A DNA stretch of 64,000 bases from an uncultured bacterium (lineage in GTDB: Bacteria; Patescibacteriota; Saccharimonadia; UBA4664). The position numbers were made by a program, and so were the translations under genes. The notes beneath the pieces were generated by a model. That model had not been told where the DNA came from and made no database searches. It saw only the letters and a program-made list of their open reading frames with translations. Each line of letters starts with the position of its first letter. Position 1 is the first letter of the stretch. Positions 1 to 9,667 of this stretch are shown piece after piece. Location: the NCBI GenBank assembly GCA_963740635.1, contig CAVUEQ010000001.1:401026-465025 (forward strand), read 5' to 3'.

Positions 1-41
1 CGGGCGGTGCTGGTAGTTTTGCTGGGTGTCGTTGCCATCAT
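1..41 (-). CDS. rpsK: 30S ribosomal protein S11, first ~13 codons only (runs off the window)
   Basis: ATG at 39-41 (or 36-38), 8 nt after the rpsM stop and preceded by AAGGA. Reads MMATTPSKTTSTA. Matches the conserved rpsM-rpsK order. Confidence 0.45.
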   Translation of the reverse strand, partial: MMATTPSKTTSTA

Positions 42-49
42 TATCCTTA

Positions 50-436
50 TTAAGTCTTAGCCGCTGACTTCTTGCGGCCCGAGCCCATCGTGACTTTCTT
101 GCCGCGCTTGGTGCGGGCATTGGTCTTGGTGCGCTGGCCGTGCGCCGGCAGGTTGGCCTTGTGACGGAGGCCGCGGTAGGAGTTAATTTCCTTGAGGCGC
201 TTGATGTTGAGGCTGATCTCACGCTGCAAGTCACCTTCCACGCGGTAGTTCTTGTCGATTTGCTCGCGGAGCTTAGAGACTTCGGCTTCGGTGAGGTCTT
301 TCACGCGGGTGTCGGGGTTGATGCCTGTGGCCTTCAGGATTTTTTGGCTGGTGTGAACACCGATGCCGAAAACGTAGGTGAGGGCCACCTCAACCCGCTT
401 GGCTTCGGGGATATTAACTCCGGAAATGCGCGCCAT
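50..436 (-). CDS. rpsM: 30S ribosomal protein S13
   Basis: 128-aa ORF recognisable as uS13 (ARISGVNIP...YRGLRH). Start overlaps the rpmJ stop (TAATG). Confidence 0.97.
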   Translation of the reverse strand: MARISGVNIPEAKRVEVALTYVFGIGVHTSQKILKATGINPDTRVKDLTEAEVSKLREQIDKNYRVEGDLQREISLNIKRLKEINSYRGLRHKANLPAHGQRTKTNARTKRGKKVTMGSGRKKSAAKT

Positions 437-552
437 TAACCCTGCCTCTGCTTATGACGAGGTTTGGCCGAGCAGATCACCCGCACCACGCCTTCGCGCC
501 GCACGACTTTGCACTGGTCACACATTTTTTTGACGCTGGCGCGGACCTTCAC
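436..552 (-). CDS. rpmJ: 50S ribosomal protein L36
   Basis: Below the ORF-track cutoff. GTG start, reads [38 protein letters not shown] (classic bL36). GAGGAA Shine-Dalgarno upstream. Confidence 0.9.
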   Translation of the reverse strand: MKVRASVKKMCDQCKVVRREGVVRVICSAKPRHKQRQG

Positions 553-574
553 GGGAATTCCTCGTCTTACTTAA

Positions 575-838
575 TTATCTGTGCCTGTAGGTGATACGAG
601 CCTTGGTAAGGTCGTACGGAGTCATTTCGAGGACGACGCGGTCGCCGGGGATGATGCGGATGTAGTGCATGCGCATTTTGCCGGAGATGTGAGCTAACAC
701 AACGTGGCCGTTCTCGAGCTCTACCTTGAATAAGGCGTTGGGTAGAGTCTCAAGGACGGTGCCTTCGAGCTCAATTACTTCCTTTGTTGCTCGCTTGCCG
801 GATTTCTCCGGCCTTGTTGGCTTCTTCGCGTCTGACAT
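575..838 (-). CDS. infA: translation initiation factor IF-1
   Basis: 87-aa ORF with the IF-1 S1-fold core ([35 protein letters not shown]...PGDRV). Confidence 0.96.
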   Translation of the reverse strand: MSDAKKPTRPEKSGKRATKEVIELEGTVLETLPNALFKVELENGHVVLAHISGKMRMHYIRIIPGDRVVLEMTPYDLTKARITYRHR

Positions 839-856
839 ATATGACTACAGTTGTCG

Positions 857-885
857 ATTATAGATAATTGTTTCGTGCTTGTAAA
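857..885 (-). promoter_or_regulatory. sigma70-type promoter for infA-rpmJ-rpsM
   Basis: Minus strand reads TTTACA (880-885), 17 nt, TATAAT (857-862), about 19 nt before the infA ATG. Confidence 0.5.
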
Positions 886-891
886 GGCTTT

Positions 892-899
892 TGTATCTG
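892..899. repeat. target-site duplication TGTATCTG, left copy
   Basis: Identical 8-mer directly abuts both ends of the IS (892-899 and 1784-1791). Confidence 0.8.
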
Positions 900-1783
900 G
901 GTTCTGTCCACTAAACCGGAACAGCCATACTCTTAAGTAATGTGAATGGGTCTCGAAATAGTTCAGGGTGGCTCCTCCGTGCCTGAAACTCCTGCAGTAT
1001 GCCGGACAAGAAGCGCTTCAAGAAGCGGTCGCGGGTTCGGATGACAAACCGGTCCAGGCAGCTCCAGACATTCTCGGCCCGGTTGGTTGGCCCGAAGTGC
1101 CCCCGGTCATGGTTGCAGACGACGAGTCCGTAGCCGACGTCCTCGAGCCCCAGATGGGAAGCGTGGGCGTCAGCATGAATGAGGCTGCCGACCTCAGCGT
1201 GACGGTCAAGGAAGCCCTCAACGGTATCTTGGGCTACATCCGGAATGACCTCTAGTCGCACTTTGTTTGTTTCCCGGTCGACCACCCCCATGACAATAGC
1301 TTGGTTGCCATATTTCTGGTGACCCAGGAAGGACTCGTCAATCTCCAGGAGGCCAGCCAATGGGTCGCCCTCACTGCGGGGCAACCGGGACCGGAGCCGT
1401 TCCAGCCACCGCTGCACCGTCGGGTAGCTGAGGCCGGTCGCCACCACAATGTCGCCTGGAGAGTGCTTGCCCTGCCAACAGATGACGAGGGCCAGGATCT
1501 TGACCCAGGACAGCTTCGAGAACCCGAATCCCAGGTTGCGCTTGAGGCTCCATTTCCGGCGGCAGGTACCGCACCACAGGTATTTCTCCCGTACAAGTAT
1601 TGTCTTGTGGCTTTGCCAAGGGCAAACCAGGCCATTGGGATATATTTCCCGGACCACCAGCTCGACACACTCCTGGTTATCCCGGGGCAGATTTATTAAG
1701 GTATACATTGGAACAAGTCTCCTTGCTTTAAGTTATTGCCGTAACTTAAGTGTAGAACTTGTTCCGCTTTAGTTTAGAGAACC
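900..1783 (-). mobile_element. IS1595-family insertion sequence (884 bp)
   Basis: Imperfect terminal inverted repeats: GGTTCTGTCCACTAAACCGGAAC (900-922) versus the reverse complement of 1761-1783, GGTTCTCTAAACTAAAGCGGAAC (19/23). Single transposase ORF. Flanked by an 8-bp direct repeat. Confidence 0.8.
911..1708 (-). CDS. IS1595/ISXO2-like DDE transposase
   Basis: 265-aa ORF with an N-terminal Cys-rich zinc-ribbon-like region (CPWQSH...CGTCRRKW), then a block (LEIDESF...VMGVVDRETN...HAD) typical of DDE_Tnp_IS1595. Confidence 0.8.
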   Translation of the reverse strand: MYTLINLPRDNQECVELVVREIYPNGLVCPWQSHKTILVREKYLWCGTCRRKWSLKRNLGFGFSKLSWVKILALVICWQGKHSPGDIVVATGLSYPTVQRWLERLRSRLPRSEGDPLAGLLEIDESFLGHQKYGNQAIVMGVVDRETNKVRLEVIPDVAQDTVEGFLDRHAEVGSLIHADAHASHLGLEDVGYGLVVCNHDRGHFGPTNRAENVWSCLDRFVIRTRDRFLKRFLSGILQEFQARRSHPELFRDPFTLLKSMAVPV

Positions 1784-1791
1784 TGTATCTG
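1784..1791. repeat. target-site duplication TGTATCTG, right copy
   Basis: See 892-899. Confidence 0.8.
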
Positions 1792-1796
1792 TTTTG

Positions 1797-2888
1797 TTAG
1801 AGCAATGACGCTAGCCGGCGAACCCCCTCGGTGATTTCGCGTTCGGTGAGCGCGCAGAACGGCAGGCGCACGAAGCGGTTCGGCTGGGCGGATGGGGAGA
1901 ACGCTTCCCCCGGTGTAAGCGCTAAGCCGCCGGTGGCGGCCCGCTCGACCAGACCCCGGACGTTGGCGCCGTCCGGCAGGGTGAGGCCGACAAAGTACCC
2001 ACCTTCGGGCTTGGTCGCTTCGGCCTCGGGCAAGTAGCGGGCGATGGCGGACAGCGTAGCGTCCAGGCGCGGCCGGTACAGCTGCTTGAGCCAGGCTACC
2101 TGCTTATCGAGCATGCCGCCTCCGAGGAACTCGGCGATTGCCGCCTGTGTGATCAGGACCGGCGACAGGTATGTCTGCTCGCCCAAGGCCACCATTTGGC
2201 TGATGATGTGCTCGGGACCAATCGCGAACCCGACGCGCAAGCCGGGCGACACCAGCTTGCTGAAGGAGCTTACGGTGATAACCCGCTCCGGGTAGATCTC
2301 ACGCAGCAACGGTAGGTCTTCGCCGCGGTAGCGCAGTTGCCGGTACGGCACGTCCTCCACGACGTAGAAGCCGAACCGATCGGCTAATTCCAGCACCTGT
2401 CGGCGCTTGGCCAACGACAGCGTGACGCCGGTGGGATTTTGGAAATCCGGTACCAAGTAGAGGTAGCGCGGATGGTTGGCTGCCGCGAGCGCGGCCAAAC
2501 GTTCTACCGAGATGCCGTCGGGCTGGAGTGGCACGCCGATGACGGTGGCCCCTCGCCGCCGCAAGGTCGTGATTGCCCGGTCGTAAGTTGGTTCCTCGGT
2601 TAAAACCACCTTGTCGGCCGCACCGCTGTCGGCCAGAACGCCAGCGAGTATATCCTGTAGCTGCAGCGAGCCGTTACCTACGATGACTTCCTCGCGGCGC
2701 GCGTCGAATTGCTCGGCCAGAATGTTCACCAACGGGTCAAAACCTCGCTGCTGGCCGTATTGCAAAACCGAGGCCGGATCACCCGCCAGTGCGGCAGCAA
2801 AGCACTCCTCGAGCCGCGGGAGCACGTGATGCAGCGCCTCTGTTGGCGGCACCCCCCGGGTAAACGAAATCATATCAAGCTCGGGCAT
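1797..2888 (-). CDS. PLP-dependent aminotransferase, class I/II (AspC/LysN-like)
   Basis: 363-aa ORF. SSFSKLVSPGLRVGF block holds the PLP-lysine motif. Start is 11 nt after the secY stop. Confidence 0.8.
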   Translation of the reverse strand: MPELDMISFTRGVPPTEALHHVLPRLEECFAAALAGDPASVLQYGQQRGFDPLVNILAEQFDARREEVIVGNGSLQLQDILAGVLADSGAADKVVLTEEPTYDRAITTLRRRGATVIGVPLQPDGISVERLAALAAANHPRYLYLVPDFQNPTGVTLSLAKRRQVLELADRFGFYVVEDVPYRQLRYRGEDLPLLREIYPERVITVSSFSKLVSPGLRVGFAIGPEHIISQMVALGEQTYLSPVLITQAAIAEFLGGGMLDKQVAWLKQLYRPRLDATLSAIARYLPEAEATKPEGGYFVGLTLPDGANVRGLVERAATGGLALTPGEAFSPSAQPNRFVRLPFCALTEREITEGVRRLASLL

Positions 2889-2899
2889 GGCAAGCGCCT

Positions 2900-4213
2900 T
2901 TAATATTGTTCGTATGAGGTGGTAATGGCCTGGGCCTCGAGTTGCTTGAGGGTCTCAATGGCCACGGATACGACGATCAGCAGGCCGGTGCCGCCGAACG
3001 TCAGCACCTGGCTGTTGGTGAAGGCCTGGGCAATAAACGGCAGCACCGCGATGAAGCCCAACCCGAGAGCGCCGGCCAGGGTAATGCGGTTGACGACGCG
3101 CTTGAGGTAGGTCGCGGTCTGGTTACCGGGACGGATGCCGGGAATGAAGCCGCCCTGCTTTTGGAGGTTTTCGGCAATGTCTTTGGGGTTGAACACGACC
3201 GATGTGTAGAAGAACGTGAAGGCCACGACCAGCACGAAATACGAGACCGCGTAGATCGTGCCGTTGGGCGAGAACCAGGCGGTGAGCAACGACGCGAAAT
3301 GCGACACCCAGGGGGTTTTAGCGCTCGTGAGCACCTGCCCAAGCAACCCCGGAATCGATAGGAACGCCAGCGCGAAGATGATCGGGATAACACCGGCCGT
3401 GATCACGCGCAGAGGCAGATGCGTGTCGACGCCGGCATACACCCGGTCGCCGCGGGTGCGTTTAGCATACGACACCGGAATGTTGCGCGTGCCTTCGTTG
3501 AGCACGACTACGAAAGCTATTACCGCCAGCGTGGCCGCCAGGAAACCAATGAGCGTGACGATTTTGCCGGCGTCACCGGAGGCGAGGCTGGCGAACTGGC
3601 CGGCGCTGGTGGGCAGCCGCGACACAATGCCGCAAAAGATGATGAGCGAAATGCCGTTACCAATCCCCTTCTCGGTGATGATCTCGCCGATCCACATCAG
3701 AAGCATGGTGCCGGCGGTAATGGTAGAGACCATGAGCAGCCACTGGAAGAGGTTGGGGTGGCCGATGACGTCGGTGTTCGCGACCCTGATGGAGGTCTGC
3801 TGAATGAGGAAAACCATCCCAAACGACTGCACGATGGCCAGCGGCAGAGTGAGCAGCCGGGTGTACTGGTTGAGTTTGCGGCGGCCCTGCTCGCCCTCTT
3901 TGGATAGCGCCTCAAAACTTGGCACCACCTGCTGCAGCAACTGCATAATAATGGACGCGTTAATGTATGGGCCCACGCCCATCATGATGATGGAAAAGTT
4001 GGCTAGCGCGCCACCCGAAAAGACGTCGGCAAAGCCGAGGATCTTGTTGGAGTTGAAGATAAATTTAAGAAAGTTGGCCAGCGCCGCGTTGTCCGGGACG
4101 GGCACCGGTACGTGGGCCAGGAACCGGAATACGACTATAAGACCAAGGACAACCAGCACCCTCCGGCGCAGATCCGGGGAACGGTAGACCTGCTTGAGAC
4201 TGCCCCAGTTCAT
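2900..4213 (-). CDS. secY: preprotein translocase subunit SecY
   Basis: 437-aa polytopic membrane ORF with SecY sequence character. Overlaps the rplO stop by 4 nt. Confidence 0.96.
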   Translation of the reverse strand: MNWGSLKQVYRSPDLRRRVLVVLGLIVVFRFLAHVPVPVPDNAALANFLKFIFNSNKILGFADVFSGGALANFSIIMMGVGPYINASIIMQLLQQVVPSFEALSKEGEQGRRKLNQYTRLLTLPLAIVQSFGMVFLIQQTSIRVANTDVIGHPNLFQWLLMVSTITAGTMLLMWIGEIITEKGIGNGISLIIFCGIVSRLPTSAGQFASLASGDAGKIVTLIGFLAATLAVIAFVVVLNEGTRNIPVSYAKRTRGDRVYAGVDTHLPLRVITAGVIPIIFALAFLSIPGLLGQVLTSAKTPWVSHFASLLTAWFSPNGTIYAVSYFVLVVAFTFFYTSVVFNPKDIAENLQKQGGFIPGIRPGNQTATYLKRVVNRITLAGALGLGFIAVLPFIAQAFTNSQVLTFGGTGLLIVVSVAIETLKQLEAQAITTSYEQY

Positions 4214-4824
4214 GCGGCCGGCTCGTCCGCCTTAGGTTCACTGGCCTCGGGCTTCGGCTGGGCCTTGGGCTTGGCCTCGGCTTCGGCCTCGGCTTTGGGG
4301 GCCTTGGCTTCGGACTTGGGAGCCTTCACCTTGGCTTCTTCTGCCGGGGCAGGGCGAGTGGCCTTTTTGCTGGGCCGGCGGACGTACTTTACGATCTCTA
4401 CGGCGCCGCCGGCAGCCTCAACCGCGGTTTTGGCGGACGCACTGACGGCATGGAGCTTGAGCATGAGCTTCTTGGTGATCTCGCCTTTGCCGAGCAGTTT
4501 GACCCGGCCGTTGGCATCGGTAATGAGGCCGGCGGTGGCCAGGGCAGCAGCGTCGAGAGTGCTGCCGGCCTTGAAGCGGTCGAGACCAGCGAGGTTGAAC
4601 ACCTGGTACTCAACCCGCGATACCGGCGCGAAGCCGCGCTTCTTGGGGAGGCGCTTGGCGAGCGGGTTCTGGCCGCCCTCGAAACCGGGGCGCACGCCGC
4701 CGCCGGTGCGGGCGTTTTGGCCCTTGGTGCCGCGGCCGGCGGTCTTGCCGTAGCCCGAGCCGATACCGCGCCCAACGCGCTTGCGGTCTTTGGTGCTTTC
4801 GAGATTGAGTTCGTGGATTTTCAT
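4210..4824 (-). CDS. rplO: 50S ribosomal protein L15 with long K/A/E/P-rich C-terminal tail
   Basis: 204-aa ORF. The uL15 core (RVGRGIGSGYGKTAGRGTKGQ) is followed by about 55 aa of low complexity (AKVKAPKSEAKAPKAEAEAEAKPKAQPKPEA). Confidence 0.95.
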   Translation of the reverse strand: MKIHELNLESTKDRKRVGRGIGSGYGKTAGRGTKGQNARTGGGVRPGFEGGQNPLAKRLPKKRGFAPVSRVEYQVFNLAGLDRFKAGSTLDAAALATAGLITDANGRVKLLGKGEITKKLMLKLHAVSASAKTAVEAAGGAVEIVKYVRRPSKKATRPAPAEEAKVKAPKSEAKAPKAEAEAEAKPKAQPKPEASEPKADEPAA

Positions 4825-4834
4825 GGGGTGGTCC

Positions 4835-5335
4835 TTAGGCGGCTGCTGCGGCCGGTTCCTTCTTGGCTTGTCTTACGTTGCGGTCCGGCGTGGCCTTGAG
4901 GCGCGACAGGGCCAATGCAGTAGCGTAAGCGTTGTTTACTTTATTACTGGAGCCGAGGGATTTGGTCAACAGGTCGTGGATGCCGGCCACCTCCACCACG
5001 TTGCGGACGGCGCCGCCGGCAATAACGCCGGTACCGGCCGAGGCGGGCTTGAGCAGCACGATAGCGCCGGCGAACCGCACCTGGACCTCGTGCGGGATGG
5101 TGTTGCCTTTGAGGGGCACAGTGATCATGTCGGCTTTGGCGCGCGAGACGGCCTTGGCGATGCTGGTCATCACCTCGGAGCCTTTGCCCACGCCCACGCC
5201 GACGCGGCCTTTGCCGTCGCCGACCACCACAGTGGCTCGGAAACGGAAGCGGCGGCCGCCCTTGACCACGCGGGCCACGCGGTCGATGGCTATCACCTTC
5301 TCTTCAAATTCTTTGGGCTGCTGTTCGATAGCCAT
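4835..5335 (-). CDS. rpsE: 30S ribosomal protein S5
   Basis: 166-aa ORF, uS5 core ([25 protein letters not shown]). Confidence 0.96.
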   Translation of the reverse strand: MAIEQQPKEFEEKVIAIDRVARVVKGGRRFRFRATVVVGDGKGRVGVGVGKGSEVMTSIAKAVSRAKADMITVPLKGNTIPHEVQVRFAGAIVLLKPASAGTGVIAGGAVRNVVEVAGIHDLLTKSLGSSNKVNNAYATALALSRLKATPDRNVRQAKKEPAAAAA

Positions 5336-5683
5336 TTAAAACTCCAATCCTGCGGTGCGGGCAGCAACGGCTAGGGCATGCAGCCGGCCGTGGTAAATGC
5401 GCCCGTTACGGTCGAACACGACTGCCTTAATTTTCTTCGTCCTGGCGCTGGCCGCCACCTGCTCGCCGGCCCAGGAGGCCTTGGAGGTGAGATTGCCCAG
5501 CGATTTCTGCCCGACCGTGCTCACGTAGACCAGCGTGCGGCCGGTGGTGTCGTCGATGATCTGGGCGGTTACGTGGGTAAGTGTAATCTTGACCGACAGG
5601 CGCGGACGCGCGGCAGTGCCGGAAACCTTGGCCCTCACGCGGGACCGGCGGCGGTTGAGTTTGGCGAGTGTCTGATTAATCAT
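5336..5683 (-). CDS. rplR: 50S ribosomal protein L18
   Basis: 115-aa ORF, uL18 (ends [22 protein letters not shown]). Confidence 0.95.
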   Translation of the reverse strand: MINQTLAKLNRRRSRVRAKVSGTAARPRLSVKITLTHVTAQIIDDTTGRTLVYVSTVGQKSLGNLTSKASWAGEQVAASARTKKIKAVVFDRNGRIYHGRLHALAVAARTAGLEF

Positions 5684-5686
5684 GGT

Positions 5687-6226
5687 TTAGCCTTTAGTAG
5701 CAGTCTTACCGGCCTTGCGGCGGATCTGCTCTTCCACATATTTAATACCTTTGCCTTTGTAGGGCTCGGGTTTCTTGAGGGCCCGCAGGTTGGCGGCCAC
5801 TTGGCCCACCAGCTGCTTATCAAATCCGCTCAAGGTGATGACATTTTTCTCGATCTTCGCCTCCACGCCCTGAGGCAGCGTGAACACTACGGGGTGCGAG
5901 AAGCCGAGGCTGAGATTGATGGTGTTGCCGGCCACGCTGGCGCGGAAACCGACGCCGTTGATCTCCAGCGCGCGGGTGAAGCCCGCGGATACGCCGGTGA
6001 CCATGTTGGCTATCAGTGTGCGCATGAGGCCGTAGAGGCGGCCGGTTTCGGGGGTCTCCGAGGCCTTGCTCACCAGGAGGCTGTCGCCTTCCCGAACCAG
6101 TTCGATGCCCGGCAGCAAGGCCACCTCGAGGGCGCCTTTTGGCCCGGTAACTTTCACTAAGCGGTCAACAAGTTCCACCGTGACGCCGGCGGGAACGGTA
6201 ATTGGTTGTCGTCCAATTCTACTCAT
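5687..6226 (-). CDS. rplF: 50S ribosomal protein L6
   Basis: 179-aa ORF, uL6 (MSRIGRQPITVPAGV...KGKGIKY). Confidence 0.95.
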   Translation of the reverse strand: MSRIGRQPITVPAGVTVELVDRLVKVTGPKGALEVALLPGIELVREGDSLLVSKASETPETGRLYGLMRTLIANMVTGVSAGFTRALEINGVGFRASVAGNTINLSLGFSHPVVFTLPQGVEAKIEKNVITLSGFDKQLVGQVAANLRALKKPEPYKGKGIKYVEEQIRRKAGKTATKG

Positions 6227-6227
6227 G

Positions 6228-6614
6228 CTACCACACCTTACAGATTAGTTCGCCGCCGAGGCCTTTTTTGCGGGCATCGCGGCCGGTCATGATGCCGCTC
6301 GAGGTACTGACAATCACCAAACCCCGGCCGCCGAGAACCAACGGGATGTCCTGGGCGCTGGTGTAAACGCGGCGGCCCGGCTTAGATACGCGGATCAGCG
6401 ACGTGATGGTTTCGGGGTTGGCCGGCAGTGCGAGCTCGAGCGACTTGAAACCGCCGGCCTCAGTGGTTTTGACGCCTTCCAGGAACCCGGCCTGCGCCAG
6501 GATTTCGGCCACCTGGGCCTTGAGCTTGGAGTGAGGCATTACCACCACGCGCTTGTGCGCCGTGTTGGCGTTGCGGATGCGGGTGAGGAGATCGGAAATT
6601 GAATCGTTAAACAT
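6228..6614 (-). CDS. rpsH: 30S ribosomal protein S8
   Basis: 128-aa ORF, uS8 (DSISDLLTRIRNA...GGELICKVW). Confidence 0.95.
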   Translation of the reverse strand: MFNDSISDLLTRIRNANTAHKRVVVMPHSKLKAQVAEILAQAGFLEGVKTTEAGGFKSLELALPANPETITSLIRVSKPGRRVYTSAQDIPLVLGGRGLVIVSTSSGIMTGRDARKKGLGGELICKVW

Positions 6615-6625
6615 AGCTTATCTCC

Positions 6626-6811
6626 TTACCAACTCGCCTTAGTGACGCCGGGAATCTGGCCCTTCGAGGCGAACTCGCGGAAGCATACCCGGCAGAGGGC
6701 GAATTTACGAATATATCCACGCGGGCGGCCGCAGACTTGGCAGCGGTTGACCTTGCGGGTCGAGAATTTGGGTTTACGGCCGGCTTTTACGACTAGTGCA
6801 ACTCTTGCCAT
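6626..6811 (-). CDS. rpsN: 30S ribosomal protein S14, short zinc-binding type Z
   Basis: 61-aa ORF with CQVCGRPRG...CRVCFRE. Confidence 0.95.
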   Translation of the reverse strand: MARVALVVKAGRKPKFSTRKVNRCQVCGRPRGYIRKFALCRVCFREFASKGQIPGVTKASW

Positions 6812-7356
6812 CAGGCAGTCCTCCTAAAGGGAAATCCCATTAACTGTAGCAGCCGCTTACTTTCTTCCGGGGTCTTGGCGGTGGTCACAATGTTGACCTG
6901 CAGACCGTGGCTGGCGCCAACCTCCTCGAAGGGAATCTGCGGGAAAATGCTGTGGTCGGGCAGACCGAGGCTGTAATTGCCGTGCGGGTCGAAAGCGGTG
7001 TCCGAGAGGCCGTGGAAGTCGCGGATGCGCGGCAGCACGACGCTTATCAGCTGGTCCAGGAACTCCTCGGCCCGAGTGCCGCGCAAGGTGACCGTGGCGC
7101 CGACCTTATTGCCCTCACGGACCTTGAACGCGGCGATGCTCTTGCGGGCCACGGTGGTCACCGGGTGCTGGCCCGTGACTTTGGCGAGTGTATCGGCAGC
7201 TGTGTCGAGGTGCTTGGTGTCACTGACGGCACGGCCCACGCCGGAACTCACCACGACCTTGAGGATCTTCGGAACCTGGTGCGGATTGGCGTAGCTAAAC
7301 TCGCTGCGGAGGGCGGGTACGGCGGTCTTTACGTATTTTTCGGTGAATCTATTCAT
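6811..7356 (-). CDS. rplE: 50S ribosomal protein L5
   Basis: 181-aa ORF, uL5. Position in the spc cluster. Confidence 0.95.
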   Translation of the reverse strand: MNRFTEKYVKTAVPALRSEFSYANPHQVPKILKVVVSSGVGRAVSDTKHLDTAADTLAKVTGQHPVTTVARKSIAAFKVREGNKVGATVTLRGTRAEEFLDQLISVVLPRIRDFHGLSDTAFDPHGNYSLGLPDHSIFPQIPFEEVGASHGLQVNIVTTAKTPEESKRLLQLMGFPFRRTA

Positions 7357-7739
7357 GACTTCTTACCTGACTTGGCTGGGGCTTTCTTGGCTTCGGCTTT
7401 GGTAGCGGCTTTTTCGGCTTTCTTGGCCGCTTTCTCGTGATTGGCGCTGACCTTGAAGATGCGCTCCTTACTGCCGTCGGCCTTGATCACGTAGCCCACG
7501 CGGGCGGGTTTGCCGGAGGCCGGGTCGAGCACCATCACCTTGGAGGCGTCGATCGGGCGGGTGACGTCCAGGATACCCCCGCGGGGGAGCTTCTGGGAGG
7601 GCTTGGTGTGGCGTTTCACCACATTAATGTTCTCCACCAGCACCTTGTTCACGCCCGGGAGCACTGCCACCACGGCGCCGGTTTTGCCTTTGTCGCGGCC
7701 GGTGATCACTATTACTTGGTCGTCGCGCCGGAGTTTCAT
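7353..7739 (-). CDS. rplX: 50S ribosomal protein L24 with K/A-rich C-terminal tail
   Basis: 128-aa ORF, KOW motif (DQVIVITGRDKGKTG). Confidence 0.95.
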   Translation of the reverse strand: MKLRRDDQVIVITGRDKGKTGAVVAVLPGVNKVLVENINVVKRHTKPSQKLPRGGILDVTRPIDASKVMVLDPASGKPARVGYVIKADGSKERIFKVSANHEKAAKKAEKAATKAEAKKAPAKSGKKS

Positions 7740-8107
7740 TACAGCACCTCCGGAGCGAGTGAAATGATCTTCATGTAGCCGCCGTCGCGCAACTCCCGGG
7801 CCACTGGTCCGAAGATGCGGGTGCCGCGCGGAATGCCGGCCTTGTCGATGAGCACGGCGGCGTTTTCGTCAAAGCGGATGCTACTGCCGTCGGCGCGCTT
7901 GGTGTCTTTGACGGTGCGCACGATGACGGCGCGCACCACCTCTTTTTTCTTGACGCCGGCGCCGGGGAGCGCCGCCTTCACGGAAGCCGTGATGACGTCG
8001 CCCACGCGGGCGTAGCGGCGGCGCGAACCACCGAGGACCTTGATACACAAGATGTCCTTGGCGCCGGAGTTGTCGGCCACTTTGAGCCGGGTTTCTGCCT
8101 GAATCAT
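7739..8107 (-). CDS. rplN: 50S ribosomal protein L14
   Basis: 122-aa ORF ([17 protein letters not shown]). Confidence 0.97.
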   Translation of the reverse strand: MIQAETRLKVADNSGAKDILCIKVLGGSRRRYARVGDVITASVKAALPGAGVKKKEVVRAVIVRTVKDTKRADGSSIRFDENAAVLIDKAGIPRGTRIFGPVARELRDGGYMKIISLAPEVL

Positions 8108-8108
8108 C

Positions 8109-8360
8109 TTAGGCCTCCATCTCCTTGGCGGTCACTTTGCGGGCCACTTCCCAGCGCTTGTCTTTCGACAGCGGGCGGGTCTCGGTAATTTCGACCAGGT
8201 CGCCGGTGTGCATAGCATTGTCGGCGTCGTGAGCCTTAAAGCGGGTGGTCACCTTGTACTTTTTGCGGTAAATGGGGTGCTCTTTCACGCTGCTAACGGC
8301 CACAACGATGGTCTTGTCCATTTTGTCGGAGACGACTGTCCCTCGTAATGTTCTAATCAT
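8109..8360 (-). CDS. rpsQ: 30S ribosomal protein S17
   Basis: 83-aa ORF, uS17. Cluster position. Confidence 0.94.
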   Translation of the reverse strand: MIRTLRGTVVSDKMDKTIVVAVSSVKEHPIYRKKYKVTTRFKAHDADNAMHTGDLVEITETRPLSKDKRWEVARKVTAKEMEA

Positions 8361-8569
8361 TCTGACGCCTCCTCCCGGGCGATTTCGCGCTCGCGGCGCA
8401 GGGTGAGCGCGCGGGCAATAGTTTTCTTGTGAGCCGACAGGATCTTAACGCCCTTTTCTTCCTTGGTGCGGCTGTTGATGATGGCTTGGGCTAAGGCCGC
8501 CTGCTCTGACGCGATGAAAGTTTCGAGCTCAGCATCGGTCTTGGCGGTAATTTCTGCGAGCTTAATCAT
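8357..8569 (-). CDS. rpmC: 50S ribosomal protein L29
   Basis: 70-aa ORF, uL29. Cluster position. Confidence 0.9.
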   Translation of the reverse strand: MIKLAEITAKTDAELETFIASEQAALAQAIINSRTKEEKGVKILSAHKKTIARALTLRREREIAREEASE

Positions 8570-9021
8570 GACTGCTTCCCCTCCACGGTTTCGGACTTGG
8601 CGGTATCGCCGGGGGTTTCGCGGACAATAAAGCGGGTCGGGATGGGCAGTTTGTGCCCAGCCAAACGCATGGCTTCTTTGGCGGTTTCAACGTCCACGCC
8701 GTCCATCTCGAACATGATGGCGCCGGAGCGCACCTTGGCGGCATAGTGGTCCACCGAGCCCTTGCCCGAGCCCATGCGGACTTCGGCCGGCTTCTTGGTG
8801 ATGGGGGTGTCCGGGAAAATCCGGATCCAGATTTTGCCGCCGCGCTTAACGTAGCGGGTCATGGCGCGGCGGGCGGCCTCGATCTGGCGGCTGGTGATGC
8901 GCTCGGAGGCTTCGGCCTTCAGGGCGTAGCTGCCGAAGGCGATTTCGTGTCCGCGCTGGGCCGAGCCGCGCATTACGCCCTTCATCTGCTTGCGGAATTT
9001 AGTTTTCTTTGGCATTAACAT
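8566..9021 (-). CDS. rplP: 50S ribosomal protein L16
   Basis: 151-aa ORF ([15 protein letters not shown]). Confidence 0.96.
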   Translation of the reverse strand: MLMPKKTKFRKQMKGVMRGSAQRGHEIAFGSYALKAEASERITSRQIEAARRAMTRYVKRGGKIWIRIFPDTPITKKPAEVRMGSGKGSVDHYAAKVRSGAIMFEMDGVDVETAKEAMRLAGHKLPIPTRFIVRETPGDTAKSETVEGKQS

Positions 9022-9028
9022 GGCAAAC

Positions 9029-9667
9029 CTACTTCTTCCCCTCGAACTTCGTGCCCTTGTAGATCCAGACTTTCACGCCGATGACGCCGTAGGTGGTGCG
9101 GGCGAGGGCCTGCGCGAAATCGATGTCGGCGCGGAGGGTGTGCAGCGGAATGCTGCCTTGAGCAACATTTTCGCGGCGGGCCATTTCGGCGCCGTTGAGG
9201 CGGCCGGCGATGGCCACTTTGGCACCGAGCGCGCCGGACTTCATGGCGTTTTCAACGCTCATCTTCATGGCGCGGCGGAAGCTGATGCGGCGCTCGAGCT
9301 GGCCGGCAACGTTTTCGGCTACCAGCATGGCGTTGGTTTCGGGCTTCTTCACTTCTTCGATCGAAACCTTCACCGGCCCGCCGACGATCTTGGCGAGCAG
9401 GGCCTTGAGCTCTTCGGCGCCGCTGCCGCCGCGGCCGATGACCACGCCGGGCTTAGAGGTGTGAATTGTGACGATGAGGGCGCCGGGCGAGCGCTCGATA
9501 TCCACGCGGGCCACGCCGGCTCGCTTACTCAGCTTGCCCGCAATGGCGGCCCGGAGCTTGAGGTCCTGGATGAGATAGGCGGCGTAGTCGCGGTCGGCGT
9601 ACCAGCGGGACTGCCAGTCGTGGTCGACCTGGAGGCGCATGCTGCGGGGATTAATCTTTTGACCCAT
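9029..9667 (-). CDS. rpsC: 30S ribosomal protein S3
   Basis: 212-aa ORF ([12 protein letters not shown]..., KH domain). Confidence 0.96.
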   Translation of the reverse strand: MGQKINPRSMRLQVDHDWQSRWYADRDYAAYLIQDLKLRAAIAGKLSKRAGVARVDIERSPGALIVTIHTSKPGVVIGRGGSGAEELKALLAKIVGGPVKVSIEEVKKPETNAMLVAENVAGQLERRISFRRAMKMSVENAMKSGALGAKVAIAGRLNGAEMARRENVAQGSIPLHTLRADIDFAQALARTTYGVIGVKVWIYKGTKFEGKK

